Shown: piece after piece, positions 9,569 through 18,633 of the stretch
How the letters are laid out: each line of letters begins with the position of its first letter
How positions within the stretch are numbered: the first letter of the stretch is position 1
DNA from: Patescibacteria group bacterium
GTDB taxonomy: Bacteria; Patescibacteriota; Minisyncoccia; Minisyncoccales; Staskawiczbacteraceae
Assembly: GCA_018829965.1 (NCBI GenBank)
Contig: JAHJTG010000005.1
Coordinates: 1-47,557 of the forward strand
Direction of reading: 5' to 3'
DNA: 47,557 bases
Program-made: the position numbers and the translations under genes
The notes under the pieces: generated by a model
The model's database searches: none
Seen by the model: the letters and a program-made list of their open reading frames with translations, nothing else
What the model was told of the DNA's origin: nothing

Positions 9569-9685
9569 AAAAATTATGTGTTAAAATCACGATTTATACT
9601 TTTAGGATAGCACCTCGAATAAAAATTGGCAATCTTTTAATGGTGAAATCCGACAAAATATGTCAGAATAGAAGATAGATGAAAA

Positions 9686-10414
9686 ATGAGTATGGAAAAT
9701 AATATGACACCAGAAGAAAAATTTAATCAAAAAATGTGGTGGCTTTTACAGCAAATCAAAGAAGCTGATCTTTTGAGATCTCCCGAGGAACCATTTGAAT
9801 TTTTAATCCAGCAACAAAAAGACGCACCCCCCAAAGACGACCAAAGAAAACTCGTTTATAAATTAGAAAACTTAAAAGCCATAAAGATTAGTAAACAATT
9901 TACCTATATAGACTCCGGCCTTACTAAAGTTATATTTAAAGAAAATGCTTCAGAAAGTGAAGCAAATGGCTTTCATTTAAAAATCCTGCCGAAATTTGAT
10001 GAAGTTTATGGGGAATTTAGAGAAAAAGCCGAATTGTTAAAAGAGAACACAACTAAAAAAGAATTAAAACAAAAGAGTGGCACAATTGATAAAATCATTA
10101 TTGTAAAACCGAAAGACGGTAATAGATTCAAAATAATAATCAATGATGATTATCACCAAAGGCCGCTTGATGGCGACATGGCCAAGCCAAGCTGGAATTT
10201 ATTATTCAGAGTGGCCGATGGTGATCTTATCGAAGATCAAGAATATAAATCATCATTTGATTTTTTTAATAGTAATGAAAAATGCAGATTATATACACAA
10301 ACGGGCTATCCAAAAACAAAAATACTAAAAAGAGAAAGCGGGTATATCAAACCGGCTGTTAAAATGGAAATCATCACCGAGAAAGCATACAAACAAAGAT
10401 GTAAAAAGGGCTGA
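9686..10414 (+). CDS. Hypothetical protein; C-terminal domain paralogous to 15498..16667 (putative regulator)
   Basis: Shared KSG.I.KI.I, NDDY, FN.N.KC..Y and EII.E..Y..R pattern. Confidence 0.7.
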   Translation: MSMENNMTPEEKFNQKMWWLLQQIKEADLLRSPEEPFEFLIQQQKDAPPKDDQRKLVYKLENLKAIKISKQFTYIDSGLTKVIFKENASESEANGFHLKILPKFDEVYGEFREKAELLKENTTKKELKQKSGTIDKIIIVKPKDGNRFKIIINDDYHQRPLDGDMAKPSWNLLFRVADGDLIEDQEYKSSFDFFNSNEKCRLYTQTGYPKTKILKRESGYIKPAVKMEIITEKAYKQRCKKG

Positions 10415-10452
10415 AATACGGCTTAAAAAAACTTAAAATGTGGATAACTTCG

Positions 10453-10480
10453 GCACCGCTTCAAAAAAGCGGTGTTTTTT
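10453..10480 (+). terminator. Intrinsic terminator
   Basis: GCACCGCTT-caaa-AAGCGGTGT followed by a T-run. Confidence 0.7.
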
Positions 10481-10567
10481 AATTACGCTTAAAAGTTTTC
10501 GGCATTTTTTAAGCGTTTTGTAATTGATAAATTTTAGATAGAGATAAAATTACTAACTTTTGTGAAC

Positions 10568-10735
10568 ATGTCGAACAAAAACGCACAACTGAATATCAAG
10601 CAAATTGAGGAAATGGTGGCCGAACGGCTGGCCGAGATTTTAGTTCAGCAATTGGAATGGCAGAGAGAACAGCAAGAAAAAATTAAAGAGAAAAATAAGT
10701 ATGGAAAAGATAAAAGAAAAATTCATAACCAGTGA
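10568..10735 (+). CDS. Small hypothetical protein (55 aa, absent from the ORF track)
   Basis: MSNKNAQLNIKQIEEMVAERLAEILVQQLEWQ...; first gene of the element core operon. Confidence 0.55.
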   Translation: MSNKNAQLNIKQIEEMVAERLAEILVQQLEWQREQQEKIKEKNKYGKDKRKIHNQ

Positions 10736-10949
10736 TTTCTATACCGCTGTCTTTTTAATGGCCAGCGGATATAAGCTATTCGGAATCAACAAAACCGAGC
10801 CTCGGCGCTATCGCTTTATTTTTGAGGACGATAAAAATAGAGCGAAACTGCTCGAGGATTTTTTTAATAACAAAACAAAGGTTGAAGCAAGAAAGTTTAT
10901 TGGCGCCATAAAAGAGCTGAAGTCGCTGATGTATAACGACGCTATTTAA
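10701..10949 (+). CDS. DUF5659-like small protein
   Basis: TSDFYTAVFL..GYKL..I...F.F pattern typical of this small phage/MGE family. Confidence 0.6.
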   Translation: MEKIKEKFITSDFYTAVFLMASGYKLFGINKTEPRRYRFIFEDDKNRAKLLEDFFNNKTKVEARKFIGAIKELKSLMYNDAI

Positions 10950-10963
10950 GCCGGCAAATCAAT

Positions 10964-11779
10964 ATGGAAAATGTAAAACCAACAATTGATAATAATGACT
11001 TCATCCGGCTACCAAGAAGCATAAAGGAATTTTATCTGGACAGATTTTTACTGCTCGAGGAATTTATTGTCTTGGTTTGGCTCTGGTTCGGCGCCAATCC
11101 CAAAACCGGCAGGATTAATGTCAGCTACGAAGGATTGAGTAAAGATTTTCAGGAAAGATACTCAAAAAATCAGATTAACAAGATAATGCTCGAGCTTAAG
11201 CGGAAGAAGCTGATATGGTATCCCAGACAGCAAGGCCGCAGAAGTTCTTTTAATGTGGATATCCAGAATTATCCGCTAAGTAAAGGCAAGCCCAGAGATA
11301 TTACTGAATTGTTTAATGGCAACTCTGGCAGAAGTTCCAGCAGAAGTGAAAGTGATAATCCAGCAGAAGCGCCGGCAGAAGTTAAAACATCTTGGCAGAA
11401 GTTAAAAACCGAAAAAAAGAGCTTAATAAAGCGATTTTCTACACCCTTCAATAATGACTCTGGCAGAAGTTACAATAACGATAACGAGAAAGAAAATTAT
11501 AATAAAAATCGATCGTCTTTTAATAAAATTTATGATCGGGTCGGTTTAATGGACTTTACTCCTAAGAGCTACGAGGAAGAAAGGTGCTGGCACATAGCAA
11601 GATATCTGGACGAAAAAGATATGAGGTTTATGCGCTCAGCTCTTAAGAAATACGGATTTCACGCCATAGAGAGCGCCTATAACGAAATTAAGGAAAGACC
11701 GCCGGGATCAATTCAAAATAAAGGCGCCTATTTCAATGAATTATCAAAGAGGTCTACAGATAAAAACAAATCTACTTAA
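10964..11779 (+). CDS. Putative replication initiator (phage O/RepO-like)
   Basis: N-terminal wHTH-like region, low-complexity linker encoded by DNA repeats, C-terminal IQNKGAYF motif. Confidence 0.65.
   Translation: MENVKPTIDNNDFIRLPRSIKEFYLDRFLLLEEFIVLVWLWFGANPKTGRINVSYEGLSKDFQERYSKNQINKIMLELKRKKLIWYPRQQGRRSSFNVDIQNYPLSKGKPRDITELFNGNSGRSSSRSESDNPAEAPAEVKTSWQKLKTEKKSLIKRFSTPFNNDSGRSYNNDNEKENYNKNRSSFNKIYDRVGLMDFTPKSYEEERCWHIARYLDEKDMRFMRSALKKYGFHAIESAYNEIKERPPGSIQNKGAYFNELSKRSTDKNKST
11235..11471 (+). repeat. Iteron-like repeats (7 x GCAGAAG[T/C]), putative origin
   Basis: Copies near 11235, 11323, 11337, 11360, 11372, 11392 and 11458; CTCTGGCAGAAGTT occurs twice exactly. Confidence 0.7.
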
Positions 11780-11790
11780 CGCTACTTTTT

Positions 11791-12294
11791 ATGCCTAAAT
11801 TGAAGCGCTTAACTGAATATCACAAAAGAGCGATGGAGCTGAAATATAAAGGTAATTCTTATCAAGAAATTGCCGATTTTCTCAATGAAAAGTTTAAAAA
11901 AAGTAGAAAAACAAAAAGCGGCCTTTCTTTTACAGAACAGACCATCAAGGATTGGTTTAAGGAATCCGGCACGCTCTGCGAGGATCATCGCCTCTATGAG
12001 GAAGAAATGGATGAAATTCACAAAGAGACAATAGATGTAATCCGTAAAGCCGGCATCCAGATTCGAGAACAAAACTTTCGCTTAGCCAACGAAATGCTGA
12101 TCGCCCTAATGGGAAGCGATAATGACAGCATCAAGCTCGCCGCAATTAAAGAATTGCTAAATCGAGTGGAAGGCCAACCAAGACAATTTTTGGATGTCAA
12201 AAAAGACGAGGAGGGACTTCTTGTTTATGAATCAATTATTAGAAAGATTGAACAAGAAAAAGAAGAACAAGAACAAACTGGAAAACAAGAATAA
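11791..12294 (+). CDS. HTH protein, terminase small subunit-like
   Basis: N-terminal HTH (GNSYQEIADFL); C-terminal IKLAAIKELLNRVEGQPRQ. Confidence 0.5.
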   Translation: MPKLKRLTEYHKRAMELKYKGNSYQEIADFLNEKFKKSRKTKSGLSFTEQTIKDWFKESGTLCEDHRLYEEEMDEIHKETIDVIRKAGIQIREQNFRLANEMLIALMGSDNDSIKLAAIKELLNRVEGQPRQFLDVKKDEEGLLVYESIIRKIEQEKEEQEQTGKQE

Positions 12295-12362
12295 CCAGCT
12301 GTGGGTAACTCGCTTGGCTTGTGCCAAGGGTAAGCACATAATGGGGGTTGCCAAAAAACAAT

Positions 12363-14063
12363 ATGAAAAATGCATTAATTTACTGCCGAGTATCAACCGA
12401 AGAACAAGTTAAAGAAGGCTACTCTTTAGACGCGCAGGAAAAATTCTGCGCTAAATTTGCTGAAAACGATGACTACCGAATCGTGGAAGTATTTAGAGAT
12501 GAAGGCAAAAGCGCCACCACCCTTGATAGACCAGCCCTTCAGGATCTTTTAGCCAAATGCCAGCAGGATGACTCTGTTGACGCTGTATTCGTTCAGGAAA
12601 CAGACCGGCTGGCCAGAAACACCAAAGATCATCTGACCATCAGGGCTGTGCTCCAAAAAGCAGGAGTTAAGCTCGTTTCTGTTGCCCAGCCAATGCTTGA
12701 TGACAGCCCGGAAGGCAATATGATTGATACGATTTTGGCCAGTGTTAATCAATTTCAATCTGACCTTAACAGCCGAAAGACCAAAAAAGGCCTGCAGGAA
12801 AGATTTGACCAGGGCTGGTGGCCGGGCTGGGTGCCGCTCGGTTATCTTAATGTGGGTGTGGGCGGCAACGCTGACGGCCGCAAAGCCAAAAAGATTATTA
12901 AAAAAGACCCGAAAAGATTTGATCTGATTAGAAAAATGTTTGATATGGTTTTGAGCGGAAACTACTCTGTCCCTCAAACTCACACTATCGCAGTTACCGA
13001 GTAGGGTTTTAGAATGCCCAACGGAACTAAAATGTCCCGAAGCACTTTTTACTCTGTTATTGGCAATCCTTTTTATTATGGCTATTACGAATATCCAAAA
13101 AAGTCTGGCATCTGGCATAAAGGAAAACACCCGGCCATGATCACCAAAGACGAATACGATCAAATTCAAAATATGATCAGGCCAGACAATATCAAGCCAA
13201 TGAAGCACGTATTCGCTTTTACGGGTTTAATTAAATGCGGTGAGTGCGAAGCCACGATCACAGCCGAACATAAAACCAAAAGACAAATAAATGGCAATGT
13301 CCATTATTACACTTACTACCACTGCACTAAACGAATAAACAAAAACTGTTCTCAAAGAGTAATTCAGGTGCAAGATTTAGAAAAAGAGATCGCTGAGATA
13401 TTGGGAGGTTTGACCATACCGCCAGAATTCAATGAATGGGCAATGAGCTGGCTTAAAGACGAAAACCACAAAGAAGCTGATGATAGAAACGATATTTTAG
13501 ATACTCAACAAAAATCATACAATGAATGCATTAAGAAAATTGACAATCTGATTGATATGCGAGCTGGCGGTGAGATTAGCGAACAGCAGTTCAAAGACAA
13601 GAAAGCCAAAATTGTTAAAGAAAAAATGCACTTGCAGGAATTATTAAAAGATACAGACAAACGAGTAGACAATTGGCTGGAACGAGCAGAGGAAGCGTTG
13701 ATATTTGCCCAAAACGCCAAACTTGCCTTTGAAAATGGAACATTACAGAGAAAAAGAGAGATACTAAACACCTTAGGTTCGAACCTCCTGTTAAAAGACA
13801 GAAAACTGCGTATTAACTTGGAAAATTGCCTTTTGCCCATGCAAAAAGTCGATACTGGGTCCGGCAACAAAAAAAGCGGGTTCGAACCGCTTGATTTGTG
13901 CGTAGATAAAAGGAAAAACACCGCTTCAGGCGGTGTTCGTCCAGATTGGCTCCCCTTCAAGAACGCACTTACTCGGTTTGATTGGAGAGCATTTAGGGTT
14001 GAGCTGGACGCCTTTGTCTCAACTTATAATATCTCTTTGGGCGGAAATTGGGGCGGAGTATAA
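12363..14063 (+). pseudogene. Large serine recombinase interrupted by an in-frame TAG (13002-13004)
   Basis: YCRVST, DRLAR and Zn ribbon CGEC...YYHC; ORFs 12348..13004 and 13014..14063 are in the same frame. Confidence 0.85.
13917..13976. repeat. Hairpin plus att-like junction inside the 3' end of the LSR
   Basis: AACACCGC-ttcag-GCGGTGTT then TGG CTC CCC TTC AAG AAC (WLPFKN), positionally equivalent to LLRGQD in the other LSR. Confidence 0.55.
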
Positions 14064-14770
14064 CAACTTCCAGAAACATTTGTATCAGCAGGGATAGCTT
14101 GAGTATTGGTGGTAATTGTGGTGCTTTCTTGGTTTATATTTTTGAGAATACCCGTCTGCAATTTCCAAGTCCATTCTAAAATAAACTTCTGTTTTTCTGC
14201 AAATTGTTGAGCCTTATTTTTATCGGCTTCTAACTCTTGATATATGTTTTCTATTGCCTTTTTGGTATCCTCAAAAAAACAACTTACACTTAACCAGACG
14301 TGAGGCGTTTCCGAGCTTTTATCCTGAATTTGCAAGTGTCTGCCATCGGGGAGAGTGGTAATGAAGTTGTGAACGAAAAAACTATGGCTAAGTCTGTGCC
14401 TAATTAAATTAAATAAAAAACTGATAAAATCCTTATTCTTATAATTGCCGCTCATTTTAGAGAGATAATTAACACAGAAAAACTCAAAATCATCTGCCTT
14501 ACCAACCCTCTCAAACTCATTATTTTTTTCTCTTGCTTCTGAGGGAACACTCCAATTAGTATCAAAATTTATGCAATAACCAAAAAAGGCTACGATATTT
14601 AACAAATATAAAATAGAGGGATAACCTACCTGTTCTTTTATCATTCGGTTCATATCGTATAAAAAATAAGAGCTTACATTCTGTTGATGTCTTTTGGCGT
14701 GAGCTTCATTCCATTCTTTGCCGTCATAACCAACATATAACTCAAAAAATTTCTGTATATCTTTGTCCAT
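14024..14770 (-). CDS. Hypothetical protein with a HEPN-like Rx4H motif
   Basis: NLIRHRLSHSF. Confidence 0.55.
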   Translation of the reverse strand: MDKDIQKFFELYVGYDGKEWNEAHAKRHQQNVSSYFLYDMNRMIKEQVGYPSILYLLNIVAFFGYCINFDTNWSVPSEAREKNNEFERVGKADDFEFFCVNYLSKMSGNYKNKDFISFLFNLIRHRLSHSFFVHNFITTLPDGRHLQIQDKSSETPHVWLSVSCFFEDTKKAIENIYQELEADKNKAQQFAEKQKFILEWTWKLQTGILKNINQESTTITTNTQAIPADTNVSGSCYTPPQFPPKEIL

Positions 14771-14835
14771 TTATTTAACAATGGTTTACTTTTATATTAA
14801 GTTATTCTAAACTAATCTAATAAAATAGTAAACGA

Positions 14836-15501
14836 ATGGTTTTAGACAATTATAAAAATATAATTAACGAAATAGTAATCTACAAAGATAAGGAGAAAGA
14901 CCCCGAAAAAAAGAAAAGTTGGGAGGCTTTTGAGCTTAACACCAGACGACTTGATAGAACTATTGAAATCCAAAATAGAATAAAATTACTATATAAACAA
15001 AATAGGTTTATTGAATGTATTTGCTTTATAAGTCAGTTTGCTGAATTTAAGTTAAAAGAGCTTATTAAATTGTATGTTGATTTATCCTTACTGCTTAATA
15101 AGAAAATAAAAATTGGGGAGAATTGGCAAGAGAAACCATTGGGGACACTAACCAATACAGCAAAAAAATTGTTAACCGATGACAACTTAATGAAAAGATT
15201 GAAAGATTTTAACAATTTGAGAATAAAATCAATACATAAAATCTTTGATGTTAATTATCAAATAGCAGAAGTTGAGGAAGAGATAAATCAATATCTGAAA
15301 ACTAATGATTATTACGAGAACATTATAAACCCCATACAAAGATACTCCACGATAATAACAAAGGAAATTTTTGATTACAAAACTAATCTTGAACCCGTGC
15401 CAGAAGAAAGCAAAATTATCGTTTCTAATCTGTTGCGAGAAATGGAAAAAATTGACCCATTGCTTAAAAATCAAGAGCTGAAAAAACAAATAAAATTATG
15501 A
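14836..15501 (+). CDS. Hypothetical protein with a HEPN-like Rx4H motif
   Basis: QFAEFKL...KPLGTL...FNNLRIKSIHK. Confidence 0.55.
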   Translation: MVLDNYKNIINEIVIYKDKEKDPEKKKSWEAFELNTRRLDRTIEIQNRIKLLYKQNRFIECICFISQFAEFKLKELIKLYVDLSLLLNKKIKIGENWQEKPLGTLTNTAKKLLTDDNLMKRLKDFNNLRIKSIHKIFDVNYQIAEVEEEINQYLKTNDYYENIINPIQRYSTIITKEIFDYKTNLEPVPEESKIIVSNLLREMEKIDPLLKNQELKKQIKL

Positions 15502-16667
15502 GTAGCGTAGCCGAAAACTTAGAGCGACATTATAGAGCTTTTATAGACCAGCAAAATGAGTGGGGGTTTTTCTTGGGACTGGCTTATTATGTAAACTTTA
15601 TTTTAGAAACACCAGAGACCGATAAAATTACCGATTTACTGCTTAAAGAGAGAAGAAATGAAGAGAAGAAGATAAAAGACTTAGGAGATGAAGTGTTGAA
15701 GGAAGTAGAACCAGTAATAAAAGATTTAATTAGAAAAATACAAAATGCAAAAATATCTTATCCTGCCCTTGATAATGAGATAAAAGACTACGAAGGATAT
15801 AAAAATAAAACAATCAAAGGAAGCGAACCTCCTCCCGTTTGCTTTGGCAGGATTTTACATAACACAATAAGAAGCCTTTCTGAAAATGGGCATAAAGAAT
15901 TAGTAAAAGATTATATTAGAGAAGAAAGGGGCATTCTTTATACAGACAAACACAAATTTTCAAAAAAATTATACGCTTATAATTTAGCAAGGAAGAAATA
16001 TGATGAAAAATTAGAAATTACTTTCTGGGGGTTTTGGGATTATATCTCTTTTGCCTATCTTGCGGTTTTGAAAGCGGACGAAACGCTTGAAAATCTAAGA
16101 AGAGAAAAGGCAGACTGGTTTACTATCAGTAATTTGGTCGGATATTTCGGTGAAATGAAAACGATTAAAGATGGCGATATTAGAGACTTAATAGTTGAAT
16201 TTAAGAGAGAGAAATACGAACCCTATGCGACAAACCTACATAATTATTTGCTTAAAGAATTGAGCACTAATAATAAAAAGGCAAAGCAAAAAGTTGAAAT
16301 CGGGAAGAGTGGTAAAATTAAAAAAATAACTATAATAGAATTGAAAGACAGAAAACACCTGCTCGCCGTTAATGACGACTATAAGAATGTTAAAAAAATA
16401 AGGAAATCAAAATACTACCCTATTTTTATTGAGGAAATTGCAAAAAGAGAAGTTCTTAATAGAACTGATAATAACAAAATTTCTAATGAAATGGCGGAAT
16501 ATTTTAATAATAATAAAAAATGTCTTGCTTATATGAATGGTAAATATGGATTAACTGCCATTTTTACTGGCGACGAAGAGGAGAGGGAGATTAACTGGGA
16601 GATAAAAACAGAAATAATCAACGAAGATGATTACTTGAAACGCCTTAGAAAAATAACAAAAAAATAG
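15498..16667 (+). CDS. Hypothetical protein; C-terminal domain paralogous to 9686..10414
   Basis: KSGKIKKITII...NDDY...YFNNNKKCLAY...EIINEDDYLKR. Confidence 0.7.
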   Translation: MSSVAENLERHYRAFIDQQNEWGFFLGLAYYVNFILETPETDKITDLLLKERRNEEKKIKDLGDEVLKEVEPVIKDLIRKIQNAKISYPALDNEIKDYEGYKNKTIKGSEPPPVCFGRILHNTIRSLSENGHKELVKDYIREERGILYTDKHKFSKKLYAYNLARKKYDEKLEITFWGFWDYISFAYLAVLKADETLENLRREKADWFTISNLVGYFGEMKTIKDGDIRDLIVEFKREKYEPYATNLHNYLLKELSTNNKKAKQKVEIGKSGKIKKITIIELKDRKHLLAVNDDYKNVKKIRKSKYYPIFIEEIAKREVLNRTDNNKISNEMAEYFNNNKKCLAYMNGKYGLTAIFTGDEEEREINWEIKTEIINEDDYLKRLRKITKK

Positions 16668-16695
16668 CTTACCAAGCTTACCAAGACTTACCAAG
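16668..16695 (+). repeat. Three direct repeats CTTACCAAG
   Basis: At 16668, 16677 and 16687; inverted half-copies GGTAAG/CTTGGT at 16757-16771. Confidence 0.85.
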
Positions 16696-16708
16696 CATTT
16701 TAGAAAGT

Positions 16709-16736
16709 AAAAAGCCGAACAAAATCGGCTTTTTTT
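16709..16736 (+). terminator. Intrinsic terminator
   Basis: AAAAGCCGA-acaaaa-TCGGCTTTT followed by a T-run. Confidence 0.75.
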
Positions 16737-16802
16737 GTTTGTGTTCGCAAGGTTGAGGTAAGCTTCTTGGTTGTGAAATAATTGGGGCAGAAGCTAAAAA
16801 GT

Positions 16803-16976
16803 ATGAAGTTAGAAAGCCCCAACGAAAATCAAATAAAGAAAGACGAAGCATACTGGAAAGCGAGGCAAAACCTTTTCGGATTTTTTAGTTTGCTTTTAGA
16901 AGTTGATATGAGAGTTAATCCGCACCTTTACAAAAATAAAGAAACTAAAGAACCGAAAAAAGAAACTGAAAAATAA
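16803..16976 (+). CDS. Small hypothetical protein
   Basis: ARQNLFGFFSLLLEVDMRVNP; ATG at 16803 preferred over TTG at 16782. Confidence 0.6.
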   Translation: MKLESPNENQIKKDEAYWKARQNLFGFFSLLLEVDMRVNPHLYKNKETKEPKKETEK

Positions 16977-16980
16977 TCCT

Positions 16981-17361
16981 ATGCCTAAATATAATATCAA
17001 CTTAATTACGGCAAGGAGGAGCTACTACATAAACGAGATAGTGTTTCTTTTGAAAATAACCAGAAAAACCTGCGGACTTTGGATAAAACAGGAGGGATTA
17101 AAAACCATTGAGGGTATAACTCCTTTTGTGATTAAGGGTTATGATTTGATAGATTTTATAAAAGAAAAACGGGCGAAAGGAAAAATCCCAGTAAAAGAAA
17201 ACGAGTTTTTATGTATGAAGTGCCGACAAGGGGTTAAGCCAAAAACTGGGAGTGAGCAAATACTAAAAACGGGCAAAAGGATAGGGAAAGATAACCACGA
17301 GCAGTTAAGAAAAACAGGGATTTGCGAGAAATGCGGGACACGGCTCTATAAATTTTTATAG
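16981..17361 (+). CDS. HTH plus Zn-ribbon DNA-binding protein (possible directionality factor)
   Basis: SYYINEIVFLLKITRKT..WIK.GL HTH; CMKC...CEKC; directly upstream of the integrase. Confidence 0.65.
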   Translation: MPKYNINLITARRSYYINEIVFLLKITRKTCGLWIKQEGLKTIEGITPFVIKGYDLIDFIKEKRAKGKIPVKENEFLCMKCRQGVKPKTGSEQILKTGKRIGKDNHEQLRKTGICEKCGTRLYKFL

Positions 17362-17443
17362 GTATGCCAATGGGATTATAGTGTTATTTGCTATTACTCG
17401 TAAATGTTATATCTAAACTATTAAATAATAAACAAAAAAAATT

Positions 17444-18574
17444 ATGAAAATAACTTACAAAAATGAGCGATTAAAAAAGGAATTTTATAAGTGGCTCAAA
17501 AATTCAAAACAATTTTCAGAAGAAACGATTAAATGCTACGAAAAGGCAGTTTGGCTGTGGGAGGATTTTTCAAACAAAGACGATTTTGGCAGTTTCAACG
17601 AAACAACGGCGGAGGCATTTCGGGAATGGGTAAAAAATAAAAGAAAGCATAACTCCCAAGAAATAATTAGCATTACTTATTGTTATCATAATTTACGATT
17701 TCTAAAAACCTTTTTTGTATGGCTATCTAAACAAAAGGGCTATAAATTAAGAATAAAAGAGCCAGCTATTGATTGCCTTAATTTATCAAAAAATGAAGTT
17801 AGGGAGGCTAAGCAGGTTAAGAGCATTAAAAATCCAACACTGGACGAGATAAAAATGGTTATAGAAACCATTAAGGGAAAAACCGAAATTAAAATGAGAG
17901 ATAAAGCCATTTTTTCTTTGGCTTTCTTGACTGGGGCAAGAATTTCGGCGATTAGGACGCTCCCAATGAAAAGTTTTGATAAAAAAGAATTGATTATTTA
18001 CCAAGACCCTGCGTTTGGAGTTGAAACGAAAGGCAATAAAAGGATTGTTTCTGTTTTAATCCCTTTTGGTTATGAAGAGGCAAAGGACTATTTTATTGAA
18101 TGGTTTGACTATCTAACAAATCAGAAAGGGTTTGAGCCAGACGACCCCATATTCCCCGCCACTAAAATTGAAAATGGAAAAGATAACATAAATTTTTACA
18201 ATACGCAGGAGGTTGAAAATAGAAAGATAAAAAGCTCTGGCTCATTAAGGAAGATATTTCAGAAAAGATTTGAGCAAGCAGGGCTTAATTATTATCACCC
18301 CCACACTTTTAGGCATTGGCTTGTTAAAAGAATGGCAGAGTTTTCATTAACAGAAGAGCAGAGAAAAGCGTTTAGCCAATGTTTAGGACACGAAGATGTC
18401 GGGACAACTTTCGGCTCTCGGGGCTATGGGAGAATTGACGAGAGCAGACAAATAGATGTTATGAAAAGCATTGATTTTGAGGGATTAAAAGGAGGGAAAA
18501 AGCAGACAATAAGCGACGAGGATATAAGCCGAATTGCAAAACAAGTTAGCGAGAGTATTAAAAATAATACTTAA
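17444..18574 (+). CDS. Tyrosine recombinase/integrase
   Basis: TGARISAI, TK, HTFRH, LGH and catalytic Y (RGYG). Confidence 0.9.
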   Translation: MKITYKNERLKKEFYKWLKNSKQFSEETIKCYEKAVWLWEDFSNKDDFGSFNETTAEAFREWVKNKRKHNSQEIISITYCYHNLRFLKTFFVWLSKQKGYKLRIKEPAIDCLNLSKNEVREAKQVKSIKNPTLDEIKMVIETIKGKTEIKMRDKAIFSLAFLTGARISAIRTLPMKSFDKKELIIYQDPAFGVETKGNKRIVSVLIPFGYEEAKDYFIEWFDYLTNQKGFEPDDPIFPATKIENGKDNINFYNTQEVENRKIKSSGSLRKIFQKRFEQAGLNYYHPHTFRHWLVKRMAEFSLTEEQRKAFSQCLGHEDVGTTFGSRGYGRIDESRQIDVMKSIDFEGLKGGKKQTISDEDISRIAKQVSESIKNNT

Positions 18575-18633
18575 TCCACACTTGCCGTTGTCAACTATTG
18601 TCAAATGAAATATAATGATAATATAATATAAAA

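Noticed and set aside
13002-13004. Amber recoding (alternative genetic code)
   Set aside because: rpoD and groEL terminate at TAG and no other gene is split by TAG.
12549-13960. Long antisense ORFs (12549..13208, 13505..13960; likewise 24430..24945, 41923..42396, 47011..47403)
   Set aside because: Shadow frames opposite well-supported genes, with no recognisable motifs.
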